DNA of 64,000 nt from Octopus sinensis. Its lineage: Eukaryota. How positions within the stretch are numbered: position 1 is the first letter of the stretch; each line of letters opens with the position of its first letter. The notes under the pieces are model-generated. The model saw nothing but the letters and a program-made list of their open reading frames with translations, was not told where the DNA came from and made no database searches. A program made the translations under genes and the position numbers. Positions 1 through 14,544 of this stretch are shown piece after piece. Location of the stretch: positions 60,884,001 to 60,948,000 of the forward strand of contig NC_043007.1 in NCBI RefSeq assembly GCF_006345805.1, given 5' to 3'.

Positions 1-310
1 CGCAAGAGAGCCACTAACTATAGTGAGTTGGGAACTCATGACCCTAATGTGTTGTATTTTGTCCACTAACAGTATCAAATTAACTTAATATAATATGCTT
101 AGTGGGAATCAAGTATTCATTATCTTGCAGATGGATTTGAGTTGCATTATCCTGGATACAGTACAATACTAGTTAGTAGATACAAATTTGTGACTATTAA
201 ACTGGATATACAGTTATGACCCGACTTCAATGGCTAGATCTAGTTCCCCACCTTAGATACAACATATGTCATTCTATACTACCAAACATATCAAATAAAC
301 CAGTATTTAA

Positions 311-517
<207 letters not shown>

Positions 518-2263
518 TAAGCTAATAATTGATTCTACATTTCATTGATTTTTTTTCACGTGTCTTTGTTAATTGCTCTTTTATTCTCACTGCTTAAAAA
601 CTTTACTGTGTAACATAGCATCAAAACTACAAGCAGTTCTGTATTAAAGAATTATAGAATAAAAGATTAAAAGATATTTTTTATTCTAATCTATTTACAT
701 CATAACTATTTCAAGATGAAAAATAATTATTTTTGTCTTTTTAGACTATAATTTGTGTTTTCCAAAACTCTTTGCAGTAATTACTTACAATCCTTTATAT
801 TTTGAGTTCAAATCCCACTAAGGTCAACATTCTTCCACCCAGAGTTGATTAAAATAGGGCATAAAATGAGTCCTGGGGTTGATACAATTGACTATACCTC
901 TCCTCTAAATTTGAGGCCTTTTGCTTATTTAAAAAAATCAATAAACAACAGCATCAACAACACCAACAACTATACTAATAATAGTGATGGTAGTTTATTT
1001 AAACGCCTGATGTCAAAAATATACAGGAGAACAGTGAAAATAAAATATTGTGGTTATCATGCCTTTTTCAAGAGTCTTTTGTAGCATCAATGAAATGGTT
1101 TCAACTGCAAACTGAAACTGGTCTGCAGACCACTACCAAGGACTTTTATTGTTTTATAATAACCACCAATTAATTTATTTAAATTTAGTTTTCTTCAAGA
1201 TGAATCCATGACCCTGTTATTGTTTCCAACAAAAATTGTTTCTTTTGGGTGTAGTAATTCCTTTCAGAAATACATAAAGATCCAAAACTCTCATTTTTTA
1301 CAACTCTATAAATACAAGGATTTTTGCTCATGTAAAAAGAAAATGTATTTTTATTTGACATGCAATTTCTATTTTAAAATTAGTATTTAAAAAACTTTAT
1401 TAGGTCTTTTGAAATATTATTAATGTTAAATTTTAAACTGTGAGAATACCAAAATCTTTGTAAAGCAACTCAGTTTCAGATTTTATCTATTTTGTTAGAT
1501 AATGGATAGGATCTTAGATTTCCTTTAGTTCCTCTATTCTTTTCATTAATGAAGTTCTGTTCTCATTGTCTGAGTGCTGTATTCGATTCATTCACTTTTT
1601 CACTGCAATATTTCTACAATTTTTACTAATTTGCATACAATTCTCAACAATTTCCCTAGAAAATATTTAAACTGATACATTTTTACTGCTTTACTCTAAG
1701 AAAAGAAGCTGTTATCAGCTCCTTTTTATATACTATATTTCTGTTTTCATTAATATTACTTTCATTAATTAAATTGTTTTATATCTGCTTTATTTGTTCC
1801 TTTATTTTTTCTCAGAAAGCTTCTATTTGTTATTTTATTTTCCAATTTTTCAATAAAATATCTAGTATGGTTTTCATTAATTTTTTAACTACTCAGTGTT
1901 ATATATTAGATAGGGAAAAGTGGTAGTGCACTTTACTACATTTTTCAGTCTATCTAGTTTGGTGTCTAACACATGAACTCTAATCCTGCTAAATTGACTT
2001 CATTTTTTATCTCTCTGGGTTTAACTGAATAAATGCTACTAATGTATTGCTGCTGACTTAGCTGCTTCTCGTATGAAATTGGAATTATGCTTACGAAAAG
2101 GAAATCCTTAATGTCATACATAACATGACTGTTACTACTTACTGTTTAGGTTTAAAAACACCAGACAGTTATTCAAACTAGGATACAAAATGTAGCTGAA
2201 AATATCTTCCATTTCTTTTTTCAAATTTTAAATTGATTGGATGGTTTGATTTTTTTCTTAGCT

Positions 2264-2668
2264 GCAGGCATAGCTGTTTGGTTCAAAAGTTTGGTTCCCA
2301 CTCATGTAGTTTCAGGTTCAGGCCCACTGCATGGTACCTTAAGCAAGTGTCTTCTGTAGCCCCAGACCAAAGCCTTGTGAGTGGATTTGGTATTAGTCAG
2401 AAACTGAAAGAAACCCATTGTATATGCATGGGTATGTGTCTCCTTGTCTTGACATCACATGATAGATGCAAAACAAGTGACACCATCATACAAACAGTGT
2501 CTGTTGTTTCTGATCTCTGAAAACATGTCTGACTATGAGGAAATATTACCTTCCTTGCAAACAGGTGAGGATTGACAAGAGGAAGGGCATATGGCCATAG
2601 AAAATCTGCTTCAGTGAATTCTACTTGACTCATGTAAGCATGGAAAAATAGACATTAAAATAATAATT
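2264..2668 (+). mobile_element. tRNA-derived SINE, family B
   Basis: Pol III A/B-box-like head, body aagccttgtgagtggatttggt...aactgaaagaa and tail catggaaaa..gacattaaa. Related copies at about 33510-33905, 38232-38610, 57180-57550 and 57765-58120. Confidence 0.8.
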
Positions 2669-3184
2669 ATGGTCAAAGAAATAGAGCTGTAAAAGCAATT
2701 TGAACAAAACCTTTTCAAACCTGTTGAGTAAGAATTCTAAATTGTATATTTTCAATAGCATTTCCAATGATGCTTTCACATTAGAAAGAGTGTTAGTCGT
2801 TTTCTAAAGCCAACTTTCTAAGGGTGAAACATACTTCTCTGAAGTTCAGCAAATACTTCAAAACAGAGTATTATATGCAAAAAGGGCTTAACGCTATGCT
2901 TGTAGCAAGTTTGAAGTTCATGACTTATGAATGTACAGTTGTATTTACAGCCTATATTTTTCTGATTTGACTGGCTATAAGCATTGTTTTCCGTTTTAGG
3001 TCTCAGCAGTAAAAAAAAAAAAAGCTTTTAAAAATCACATGCACACCTAAACATGCTCAACCACACATACACTATTTTCTTTACATTATCTCTATCATTC
3101 TCAAAACTCTTTTAATAATTTCAACACATTGAGGTTTACAATTTATATGCTATTCAAAATATTTTTTAATATATACTATTTCTA

Positions 3185-3402
3185 AGGTGACAAGCTGGCA
3201 GAATTGTTAGCATACCAGGCAAAATGCTTAGTGGCATTTCATGTCTCTATGTTCTGAGTTCAAATTCTGCCAAGGTTGACTTTGTCTTTCCTCCTTTCAG
3301 GGTCAATAAAATAAGTACCACTTGAATACTAGTGGGGGGTTGATGTAATTGACTTAGCCCCTCCCACAAAATTGCTGGCCTTGTACCAAAATTTGAAACC
3401 AA
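3185..3402 (+). mobile_element. tRNA-derived SINE, family A
   Basis: aagctggcagaattgttag...ctgagttcaaattctgcc...ataaaataagtacc...ggccttgtRccaaaatttgaaacc. Related copies at about 790-930, 16400-16612, 25230-25420, 30067-30280 and 44610-44790. Confidence 0.8.
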
Positions 3403-5547
3403 CAATTTTTCATTAACATAAGATAGGAAAAATAAACAAGTTACCTAGATTACCAGTCATTTGTTGATTAATAGATTGATTAATTAATTCATTATTTTTT
3501 AGTTTACCATAGCTTCCAGTCTCCCTTACTGAAGTTTGTAAGTTTAAAGTTAATCATTTCTTCCTTAAGATAATTCATGCTCAAATGATAACTTGAATTA
3601 TATTTAAATTTTTGTAGCTTGCCTAGATTGAAATTATTAAAGTCTCTCAGGACATAAAATTGAGAAGTATTAATGGCTTTTTTTCTTAAGAAAAAAAAAA
3701 AAGTACATACTTATTCTCCCCATGGGTTAAATGATAAAGTCAATCCTAGCAGGATTTTAGCTCAGAAATATGTACACTAAATGATACCAAATGACTTTAA
3801 TGACTAACCTAATTATTTGGCTGTTATTCAAAATAGCTGTTGATGTATGATTATTTCTTAAATTGGTATATAATCAGAAACCTTAACAAGTTTTATGGTT
3901 TTCAAAGCAGTTAGATTCAATATATACTAAGTTTTGTCAAATGAATAGAATATACTCCACATGGCAGGTTTAATGAGATTTGTTTTCACCAACTGCCTTT
4001 GAAGACAAGGTCCCTTTCATTGTGCATCATTTTTGTATCTGAAAATTTCCATTTGTTGATTTTATTGAGGTTAACTTTTTTGCTGATAATTTTTTTTTTA
4101 GATTTTTAAATGCCTCTAGAGGGAATTTTGTCTACTGAATGCATGAATAATTTCAGTTATTCAAAGTTTTTCAACTTATATATTATATATCTGAGGGCGT
4201 ACCTAATGTGTATTTAGCATGGTATATTATCTTTCAACTTTATTGTTGATATTCATGATTGGTATCAGCACATTCCTTCCTTCATTATATAATTGGTTGC
4301 TTCTAAGTTTTACCAGTTGTATAGAATACGTCTTGCTGAGGAGATGTAAATAAGGCTGAAACATGCCTGATGCTTTCACCTATTGTCTTCAAAGATCCAC
4401 TTTATCTGCATTGTCTTTAAGTTCCAAAAATTTCAATTAGTTGCTTTTATTTTAAGCACCCCAAGAAAAGTTTTGTCTATTGACTGAAGGAATAATCTCA
4501 GTTGATCAGTTTTTCAATTCACTATATTCTGTATGTGATACCCTATCATATGTATATTTAGTATGCAGAACACTTTCTGAGGTATTTTCCTGGAACTAAA
4601 TTGTTATAACTCAGAACATTTTTTATAATGGTAACAGTAATTTTGGGATTAAAAGTATTCAGATATTCTGTAGGACAAATTATTTTACATAGAACAACTA
4701 TTTTTTTCATTGTTTAATATCTAGGTTATCGTTTTACAGCTAGTCACTACTCTTCTTACTATTAACTATAAAAGGGAAATCTGTGAACAACCAAACTAGA
4801 GCAAGCAGGATTATGTATTGCACAATGTTTTAAAACAATAGTAGTGGTAATTTACCCACCTTCTTAACTTTTTCAGTCATTGTACTTTTTAGTTATATAT
4901 GTAATAAACTTGTTCAGTGATCAGCCTTTCTAGTTGATCACCAAAATTGTATTAAATCTCCTACATTGAACTGAAAAACTGTGTTATTTGTCTTACGGGA
5001 AAACGCAAACAAAGTAAATATTGAGTATTATGATTATTTACAAATAAAAAGTGACAGCATTACTTTTTACAGTTATTTTCAAGAATAATAAACCAGTCTT
5101 TGTAAACTGTTCTTTAAATGTGCATGCAATTCCTCATATAGATGCCTATATAGAACAAAACTGACATTATTGCCATCATAGGGTATGTATCTGGATATGT
5201 CACCATATATTGGTTGAGGTTTCACATTTATAGCTGGCAGCTAGAATTTTTAAATTATCTCCCAAGGATGTAAAGCTAGCAATCTGTTCCTAAGTATTAT
5301 CTTCTTTCATAATGACAGGAATAGTGAAGACTTGCATTTTATGTACTGATTTTTAGATAAGATTTTTAGATTAGATGAAAATTAATTAATCCAAGCACAC
5401 AATATATAATACTTTTTTAAAGCATATATATATATATATAGCAACAGGTAATCAAAACTGTGCTGGTGCTTTACTCATTATCCATTTATATACATTTTAT
5501 ACAATTTCTCCATTATATATATATATAAATATATATATATATACACA

Positions 5548-5833
5548 TTTCGTTTTTGGATTTGGTTTGCAAGATTTTATTTGAGTTCGTGTGTTGCAGC
5601 ATATTCTGTTGTGTCTGGGGAGAGTCATTCTCTTTTGGTGCCTTATAATTTAACACACTCACCAGTAAAATTTCCACTTATTTCTTTTTTATTTTTCTAA
5701 AATGTTCGTTACATCTTGCAACCTTTTCAATAGTTTATCAAAACTACTGAAAAGGAGATAAGTGGAAATTTTACTGGTGAGTGTGTTAAATTATAAGGCA
5801 CCAAAAGAGAATGACTCTCCCCAGGCACAACAG
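5548..5833. repeat. Fold-back/MITE-like palindromic element in (TA)n
   Basis: Arms 5606-5681 and 5758-5833 are reverse-complementary at 75/76 nt; inner hairpin at 5722-5755. Confidence 0.9.
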
Positions 5834-8800
5834 TATATATATATATATATATATAAACTGATTGATTATTTTCATGCAATAGTCATTTTTTTTTATGTCC
5901 TACATGTTTATAAAGTAAAGGGTTGGTTTTATAATCTATAAAGGCTTGGAACAGAAGGATAAAAATAGAGATTAAAATGCATTGATGCTTAAGTCTACGT
6001 CACTGATTTTGTATAGCACTATATTGATTTGACTCCTTAAATTTACAGATCAAGTTCAATTAGAAGTACCTAGTTAATACTTAAACACTGGAAAATAACT
6101 AATTATAAGTTTCTTTTTATATATCTTACATTCATATTTTAACTATTTAGCAATAGAACTTACAGTTAGAATAATTATAAATATAATTTTGGTTGATGAT
6201 AACATTTGTTAATTTAGGACGGCCGATGAAAACAGAATTGAAATATTAAGAAATGCAAGTTTGTTCACAAGTTGAGATTGAATCTTTATTCTGTGGTTTG
6301 GAAATATTTTACTTTTATTTAGTTAATATTTTGGTTGAATTAAAGGATCTAAAAATCCAAACTGCAGAATAAATTTGGTAGACAACTCACAGGACATTTG
6401 GTTGATAATCATAGGAAGTAAAATATCTTACTTGTGGATGCAAATGAATGGTTTCCTATGTGAAGAACTTAATGGAAGACAGCTTCTTTATATTTGTTTG
6501 AAAGAGATATATCTTAGTTTATGCTTATGTCAAGTTTCACATCTATTATGTATTTATTTTACTACTTCTTAGCTACTCATACATAATAAAGGGACAGGTT
6601 GCAATAATAGTTCTACCATTATTACCAAGTCTACAATTTAGTCACTGAATCAATGTCTTACTAAAGACTGGCTAGCTTTTAAACTGTGATACAAAATGGA
6701 GTGCTATAACTCATGTATTTAACCATTACAGTTTTGTTTCCTGTATTAAACTTCTGCCACATGTAGATTGGTGAGATATTGCATCTCTTTGTATAATTGC
6801 TTTTTCTTCACAACCACATACGTGAGATACATGTTTTGAAGCTCTAAATCATGTCATTGATGCAGTAAGTCTTATATTAAGGCAGTAACCCAAAGTGATT
6901 TGATCATATGACTGTGAAACTGTGTTAATTTCTTCAGGTAAAACTAATTCAGGTGGGTTATTCTTTGTTGAACTTAAGCAGGTAAGTGATGCAGTGTAAA
7001 TGGAAATGGCAGTAATAGCTACTGACAAGAGAAAAAGGTAGAGAAACATGCCTCTTGATATATTTTCTGTTTCTTTTGCCTTTTTATCTTTTCTAATCTG
7101 TCCATTGCTATCTTTTTCATTACAAAATCACTGTCTGGTTACACTTGATACATGATCTATATTCAGTGTCTCTGTTGAACTGACAAAAGGACACACATTT
7201 AAACATTATTTATTCATTAGAAAAGTAAAATATTTTATAGATGTACTCCAAAAATACTTACGTATTTTCTCTACACTTGTCTTATTCTAATTTGAATGCC
7301 ATAAATATATCTAAATTTTGGTAAATGTTATATATTAAAAAAATAACTTAATACTTTCCAGCAAAGTCTTCTCTTATATTAAAAATAAAACTGTGTTGGT
7401 GTACAATATTTTGAGTCTGTCAAATTTAATGTTCAGTGTTTTCTTATTAATAGAAACAGAAGCAAATCAATTGAAACAAAATATAGTTTACTTCCAATCT
7501 ATTTCCTTTAAGATATGATTACTGTTTGTTCCAAGATTATATAATTTCCTATTTCCATCTGTTATTTTGAGAGTTTCCTCCTCTCTTTAATTGGTATATA
7601 TATTCACAAACAATGCACATTACAAGCAAAGCTGGAGAGCAGAGAGGAAAAGACTAACCTTTACATAGATTGGATTCCTGTAAATTGTGCATACTCATTC
7701 ATATAATTAGATCAATTAAATAAGAAATTATGATAAATAAATGAAAAAAAATCTATTGAGTTTTTGGCTCATGAGTGTTATTAAACTTCACACTGTGACA
7801 TGATGTATATTCTAACACACACACACACTCACACACGCACACACACACACACACACACACTCTCTCTCTCTTTATTGCTAATATGATAGTTCCTGTTTTT
7901 CGCAAATAGAAAGCTGTGTACCTCTTCTGTTCAAACCCACTTGACACACTAACCTCTCAGCATCCTTACTGCTCCACAGCCCCACAAAATCATACCTAAT
8001 ATTCTCTGGACCCTCCATGCCAACCTGTCTTTCCTTGAAGGCATCAACCTACAGAATTTCTGTCTAAACATCAACTGCACTAACCTCAATTCTTTGGAAA
8101 AACCTATGGTAAAATAAAAAATATATATTTAGCTAAGCATTGAACTTCAACACTTTGAGCACTGTTAACTATGAAGACTCAGAATTACCTAATTTATTGT
8201 AACTACATAGCATTTAGGTTTACTGATGTACAACTTTTTGAGTAACTAAAACATGAAATTGAAATAATCAGATTCAAATTAAGTTCCGTAATTAAATCAT
8301 GTATTTACTTATTTATGGCATTCTAATATATTTATTAATTATCATTGCTACAATAGAATTAGGTCGTTAATTTTTTAAAAAGGAATTCACTAGAGTTGCT
8401 TTGCAAGGATTTTCACTAAGGCACAATATTTTGAACATTTTGTTTATATTGTTTATCTATTAACTATTGATTTGCTCTCTTCAGATATTGTGTGTCATAT
8501 TTCATTCTTAGATCTGTGAAGTTGTTTATTGACAATCTGACATAATATATTTTAATTATTTGTCAGGATAGCTAGCCTGTATTATTGTCTTTTTACTTGT
8601 TATCTGAATGCACTCCACTCCAAACTTATTGTTTGTATTGCAAAAATATTATTTAATAAATCATCCCAACAAAGTACATTGTGTGTGTAAATATGTTTTC
8701 ATTAAATATTTAATAAACGATTATTATATTTTATAAACACAAACTATAAGTGTTTAAAGAATATTTATCTGAATGTTTCTAGTACCTCTTGATACTGTTT

Positions 8801-10393
8801 CAGTCAGTACATTCTCAAAATCTTTTCAAATACATACCTTTGCACACACACACATATGCACATGCACACACACACACACACACATACATGCACACACACA
8901 CACACACACACGCGCACACACACACACACACACTCTCTCTCTCTCTCTCTTTCTCCCTCTCTCTCTCTCTCTTACTTTTCATTATAACAAGTTAGGACTG
9001 AATTCAGAGACTGATTGGACTTATAAATGAGTTTACTGATAGGTTTTCATTAGTACTACTATATCTAATGATTTCTATGATGTTTTGTTGGCTTTGATAG
9101 CGGATATATGCCTGTAATAGAAACCATTATCCATAGTGCCAGATTTCCATTTTTGTTCTGTACACGTTATGCTGTTCACAACTTGGTTATGATTTCACTG
9201 ATCAGAGTTGTCTAATGTTTTTCAGTTTTTATTATTAGAAGAAATACTGTTTAATATTTGAAAACCATTCTACAAATACATAAGTTGTTGTAGATACAGT
9301 TCTTCTGTTCATCCATTTTTCTCAGATTTTATACAGGTGAAATTACTCTTAAAATCTGTTCTGATATTGGTTTCAAATTTTGGCACAAGGCCAGCAAAAA
9401 AATTTGTTCTAATATTGAAAACAAAAATCCAAATCATTGATTATTGGACTATGCCTAAATTTTGAATCTTACCATCTAAATTTTGATGCCATAACCTGAA
9501 GAGATTCTATAAATGTTCATGATTTCTTTATGGTCAAAGCTATAATTTGTTTTGGAATTATATTCCATAAAATAAGAAATATATATCTATATTTTTTTAA
9601 ATCTCAATTTTTGCTTTCCATAAGGCTCTCAGATCAACTCACAGACAAATTATGATGTAATACTTTGAGAAAACTTGGGGTTGTGATTGAAAAAACATCA
9701 CTTTCCCTTTCCCATCTTGGTAGAATTAAGTAAAATATTAGTAACAGATACAGCACTTTGTTCATTATATTTTAATTAACTTAAGTGTAATTAGTGACAT
9801 GAAAATGTAACTTCATAAGGATATGATTTTGAAAATAGCTCATTTAGTATCCACTTGGGAAATTAAGGGAAATGAAGTAAGAATAACATAAAATGAAAGT
9901 CTGAAAAGGATATTCAACTCATAAAAGAATGACATAATATTTCTTAATGTTTATTTTTATTCCGGCTTCTTATTAATTTATGTCAAACAGTGAGAACCAA
10001 GTTAACTAAACTTGAAACTGAGCCAGAATGTTTAAAAATATGAAATTTGAAAATTGACATACAAGGTCTTTACTTCACTCTAGTGAAGTAAAGACTTTGT
10101 TTGTTTTTCCAAATCTTCACTTTATTAACTTATTCTTGTTATTAAAAAAAACTAATTAGAAAGCAAAAGACATTTTGTCTTTAATGTGTAAATCACTTCT
10201 TAAAATATTAATCATTGAACCCGAACAAGAAACCTAGAATAAATCCAAAGTAAAGTGCTATTTTAACTGGCCATAAATCATTCATGAGAATAGTTAGACT
10301 ATATTAGTTTATATATTCGGGTATTTCAGCTTATATAGCCCTCATGAGTACATAGTTGATCTTATAGGAATCATTTGTTAAATGAATTAGTCC

Positions 10394-10427
<34 letters not shown>

Positions 10428-12559
10428 AAAGCACTAATTTGGAATAGATAAAAACATAACAACATCCCCTCTGACAGGACTTGATCCATGTATCTTTTGC
10501 TTGCTACGCTACTGCATTACCAATTACAATACAGAGATTGCTATTATATGCAAGGGATAATGATTAAAATCCTGTTGAAGGGCCTATTGTTAATTTTTTT
10601 TTGTTCCATATTAGTATTATTAAATCTATAATTAAAATTTTAACTATTAATACACACACATTACATACATATATATGAAAGAGCTTGGTGAGTGGATTTA
10701 GAAACAAAAAACTTGGGGGAAAATTTGATTGTTCAAATAATCCAAATTTCATTGGTCAGTTAATAAGTTATGGGGCTGGCTGACAGTTGGTGAGCAGATG
10801 GTAGGATAATTGTAAAAATGGTTACTTTACTTGTCACCCTACTACCCATCAACAGCATGCCAAACCCATATTGCCATACACTTTATGACTTAACCAAGCT
10901 AATCAATGAAATTTGAATGATTGAAACAATTCACTATGCTCCAGTATTACAAACAAATCCTAATAACACTAACCAACTTCCAAGTATTTTTCTCCTATTT
11001 AGGCATTTAAACTACATATATAATTAGTCAGAAAACAGAGCACCTCTAAAAGAGAGATTAAGTGGTTATACTTTTATATTGTTGAGTAGTATATTCCTGG
11101 TTATGGCATATTTCTGGTCAGAATGTTACTGATGGTTTCATATTGACTATTGCACTTGGCAATATTGACTACTCTTCAGATATGCTATCCAGAAGTGCAT
11201 AGCCTCTTTTATATAGGAGGTAAACATATAGTCCTGGTTTGCTTGGTAATGATAAAAAACTAAACAAAATAAAGTGATGAAAAGTTATAACACTTTCCAA
11301 GAAGGAAAAAAGAATTGCCTCCCATGGGACATTGTCAATTGTATGTGTATGTGTACAAGTTTTCCATTCTCTTGGCTGAAAAGAGAACAACCATGTTGCT
11401 AAAATGAACCTTCTGTTACGAGGACAACAACAAAATATTTCAATTTTTTTAGTTCAGGAAGGCACCTGGATTGTATAAATTTTTGTAAATGATTCTTCTC
11501 TTGACCAAGCAAACAATTCAAAATCCATATGGCCAATGCTGCCCCAGCTGTTTCTTGTTGATTTTGTATGATCTTCTTTCTCCTTTCAATTGCTTTATAT
11601 AACTAGCTAATATTGTAATATTGTGTCTCCCTTAGATTCTAAAATGGGACTTGTGATTATTTATCTTGGCTTCATGATAGAAAATAAATTCCTTTTGGCA
11701 GTGTGATAGTCCCCTCCCTGCCTTTTTTTGGGGGGGGACTAAAGAACAGAAAATATGTACACATGCAAAGCTGATGCCCTTCAGCCACAACTAACAGCGT
11801 CCCATGGGATGCAACTCATCTTTTTCTTCCTGGAAAATGTTATAATTTATCATTTTTGCTTTTGTTCTGGTTTTTATCATCATCAAACCAACAAGGATTG
11901 TATATTTACCCTCTCTATAAAAGAGGTTATGCCCTTTCAGCCAGTCTGAAGAGTTGTCAATATTGCCAAGTGCAATAGTTAGTGTGAAATAATTGGTAGC
12001 AACATTCTGAGTGATTATATGTTGTAACCAAGAATATACTGCTTGATAATACATATACACACACAGACACACACATACACATACTCATTCTCCATCCCAA
12101 ATATTTCTGTTTAAAAATAAATTAATTTATAAGATACATCTGAAAATATATTTAATATAAGATTTATTTAAAATGATCACCAAACGTAAATGGAAAGCAT
12201 TCAGATAACACCAAGTAATTATATTTTTACTGAATGACCTTTGTTGTAATAAACGTATACAACACATTGTACTATATATGTATTTGTATGTATGTCATAT
12301 TTTTTGCAGTCACCAACCATGTTTGATATATTTCATTGGTTTGGTTGCTAATTCTCATATTTGATTCATAAATATTGTTCTTGTTTATTTTTTCTGTTAA
12401 TTTATCTCTCTTTCTCCAGTTCTATCTTTTCTTTCTTTTCCTCTCTTTCTATATCTCTCTCTTGTTTTAACAACCACTAACCTTTTACTTACCAGTTATG
12501 AAGGGTCCCTCATAAATGTAACTATTAGAACACAAGACTAGATATGATTTTGATTTCAG

Positions 12560-12605
12560 ATTTGGACATGGCTGTTTCATGCACTGTTTGGAGTGTTTGT
12601 ATCAG
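12560..12605 (+). CDS. HDHD5: HDHD5 internal 46-nt coding exon
   Basis: tgatttcag|A...CAG|gtagga. Completes CG+A (Arg) from the previous exon and reads [15 protein letters not shown] (HDHD5 PRFGHG motif). Phases are compatible on both sides. Confidence 0.93.
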
Positions 12606-12703
12606 GTAGGATTTCTTCTAGTACCACAGCTAGCTACCTACTACTACTAATACTACCACTAAAGTTACTCTTACAACTCTTATTTTGTAATGTTACGACA
12701 CAA

Positions 12704-12849
12704 TGTATATATGTGTATATATCATATGTGTGTGTCTATATGTATATATATGTATGTATGTATATACCTATATATTGTCTCTGTATGTATATATGTGTGT
12801 ATGTATATATGTTTGTACTATGCATGTGTATCTATATCTATATAAATAA

Positions 12850-12891
<42 letters not shown>

Positions 12892-13243
12892 TCATATATA
12901 AATATACATGTATGTATAATATATGTGTGTGTATGTATGTATATATATATATGTGTATATATATATATGTATATATGTATATGTATATATATATATGTAT
13001 ATGTATATATGTGTGTATATATATATATATGTATATATATATGTATATGTATATATGTGTATATATATATATGTATATATATGTATATGTATATATGTAT
13101 ATATATATATGTATATGTATATATGTATATGTATATATATATGTATATGTATATATGTATATATATATGTATATGTATATATGTATATATATATGTATAT
13201 GTATATATGTATATATATATGTATATGTATATATATATATGTA

Positions 13244-13294
<51 letters not shown>

Positions 13295-13310
13295 TATATA
13301 TACATATATA
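12704..13310. repeat. Long compound (TA)n/(TATG)n microsatellite
   Basis: About 600 bp of TA/TG low-complexity sequence. It resumes at 14514-14890 beyond the DD37D element. Confidence 0.95.
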
Positions 13311-14513
13311 CAGGGTGTGATGGATAATTGTCACCTTTTTTTTTATTTCATACATGTGCATTGTTTGTTTTTGATTTTGTTGACTACACAGTATAGTAGG
13401 ATCAGTTGGGCACCATCTGTGAGAAAAACAGCACCATAACACATTTCAGAGTGTTTGGGTGTCAATCTGAGAACAGTTCAGCGGATTCAAAAAGAGCTGA
13501 ATGAATCTTACGGTGATTACAAAGATACAGCAGCTCAGAAAATTCACTCTGATCATTCTGGTAAGAAAAGAACTCCTCAATTTTTTGGTGACATCCAGCC
13601 CATGATTGACTACAGTCCCTCCAAGTCAATGAGGTCCATCACCAGGGACATGGGAATGTCTGAGTTTCTTATCAGGCAGGTAGAGCATGAAGACATTCAG
13701 TTTTCCTCATACAAGATAAGAAAGGGCTAATTTTTATCCCAAGCCATCAAGGACAAGAGGAAAGACCATGTTACAAAGCTTTTGAACAAACTTAAGGATC
13801 CCCTCCAACCAAACACGCTTTCTCAGATGAGAAAAAATTCTGCCAGGATCTGATGGTGAACACACAGAACAACTGTTGGCTTGCCATCTCCCCAAAACAT
13901 GTACCAAGAGTGATTAAAATCAAATATCCATTGGACATCATGGTTTTAGAGTGATCACTAGTGATGGTAGTATTATGCTCCTATTTATCTTCCCATAGGA
14001 GGCCTACATCAAGTGCCTGGAGGAGATGGTACTGCACTGGGTGAAAAGGGTGGTTACTGGAAGACACTATGTCTGGCAACACGACTCTGCATCATGCCAC
14101 ACATGCAGGAGAACCCAGTCATGACTGTCAGACAATTTCTGTAACCACATCACTCCTAACATCTGGCCACCTAACTCCCCAGACTGCAACTCCCTTAATT
14201 ATTATATGTGAGGCACAGTTGAGTGATTGAGAGACTAACAAAACTCCTTGTAACCCAAAGATGAACTGAAGGCAAGGCTTATGGTAGCATTCACCAACTT
14301 AAACAAGGAAACCATCCAGAAGAGTTGCAGGAGATTCTGAAGTCATCTGGAGGCCATGGTTGAAGCCAATGGTGATTTTACGGGAATAAGTTTACTCTTT
14401 AGCATTTCAAGATATTTTTTATGTAATTTTGGTAAATATATCTGTTAAAATGAGATGTCAGTGTTATTTTCATTGTTGTGTAATTTAGATAACAATTTAT
14501 TCACCGCACCCTG
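13311..14513 (+). mobile_element. Tc1/mariner superfamily DD37D (maT-type) transposon, decayed
   Basis: TIRs CAGGGTGTGATGGATAATTGTCACC and GATAACAATTTATTCACCGCACCCTG flanked by TA. Transposase pieces include FSDEKKF and WQHDSASCHT...WPPNSPDCNSLNY (37-residue spacing), with stops and frameshifts. Confidence 0.9.

Positions 14514-14544
<31 letters not shown>

Noticed and set aside
4336-4370. CTGAGGA...GAAACATGCC hammerhead-like words
   Set aside because: No convincing helix I or II and no NUH triplet.
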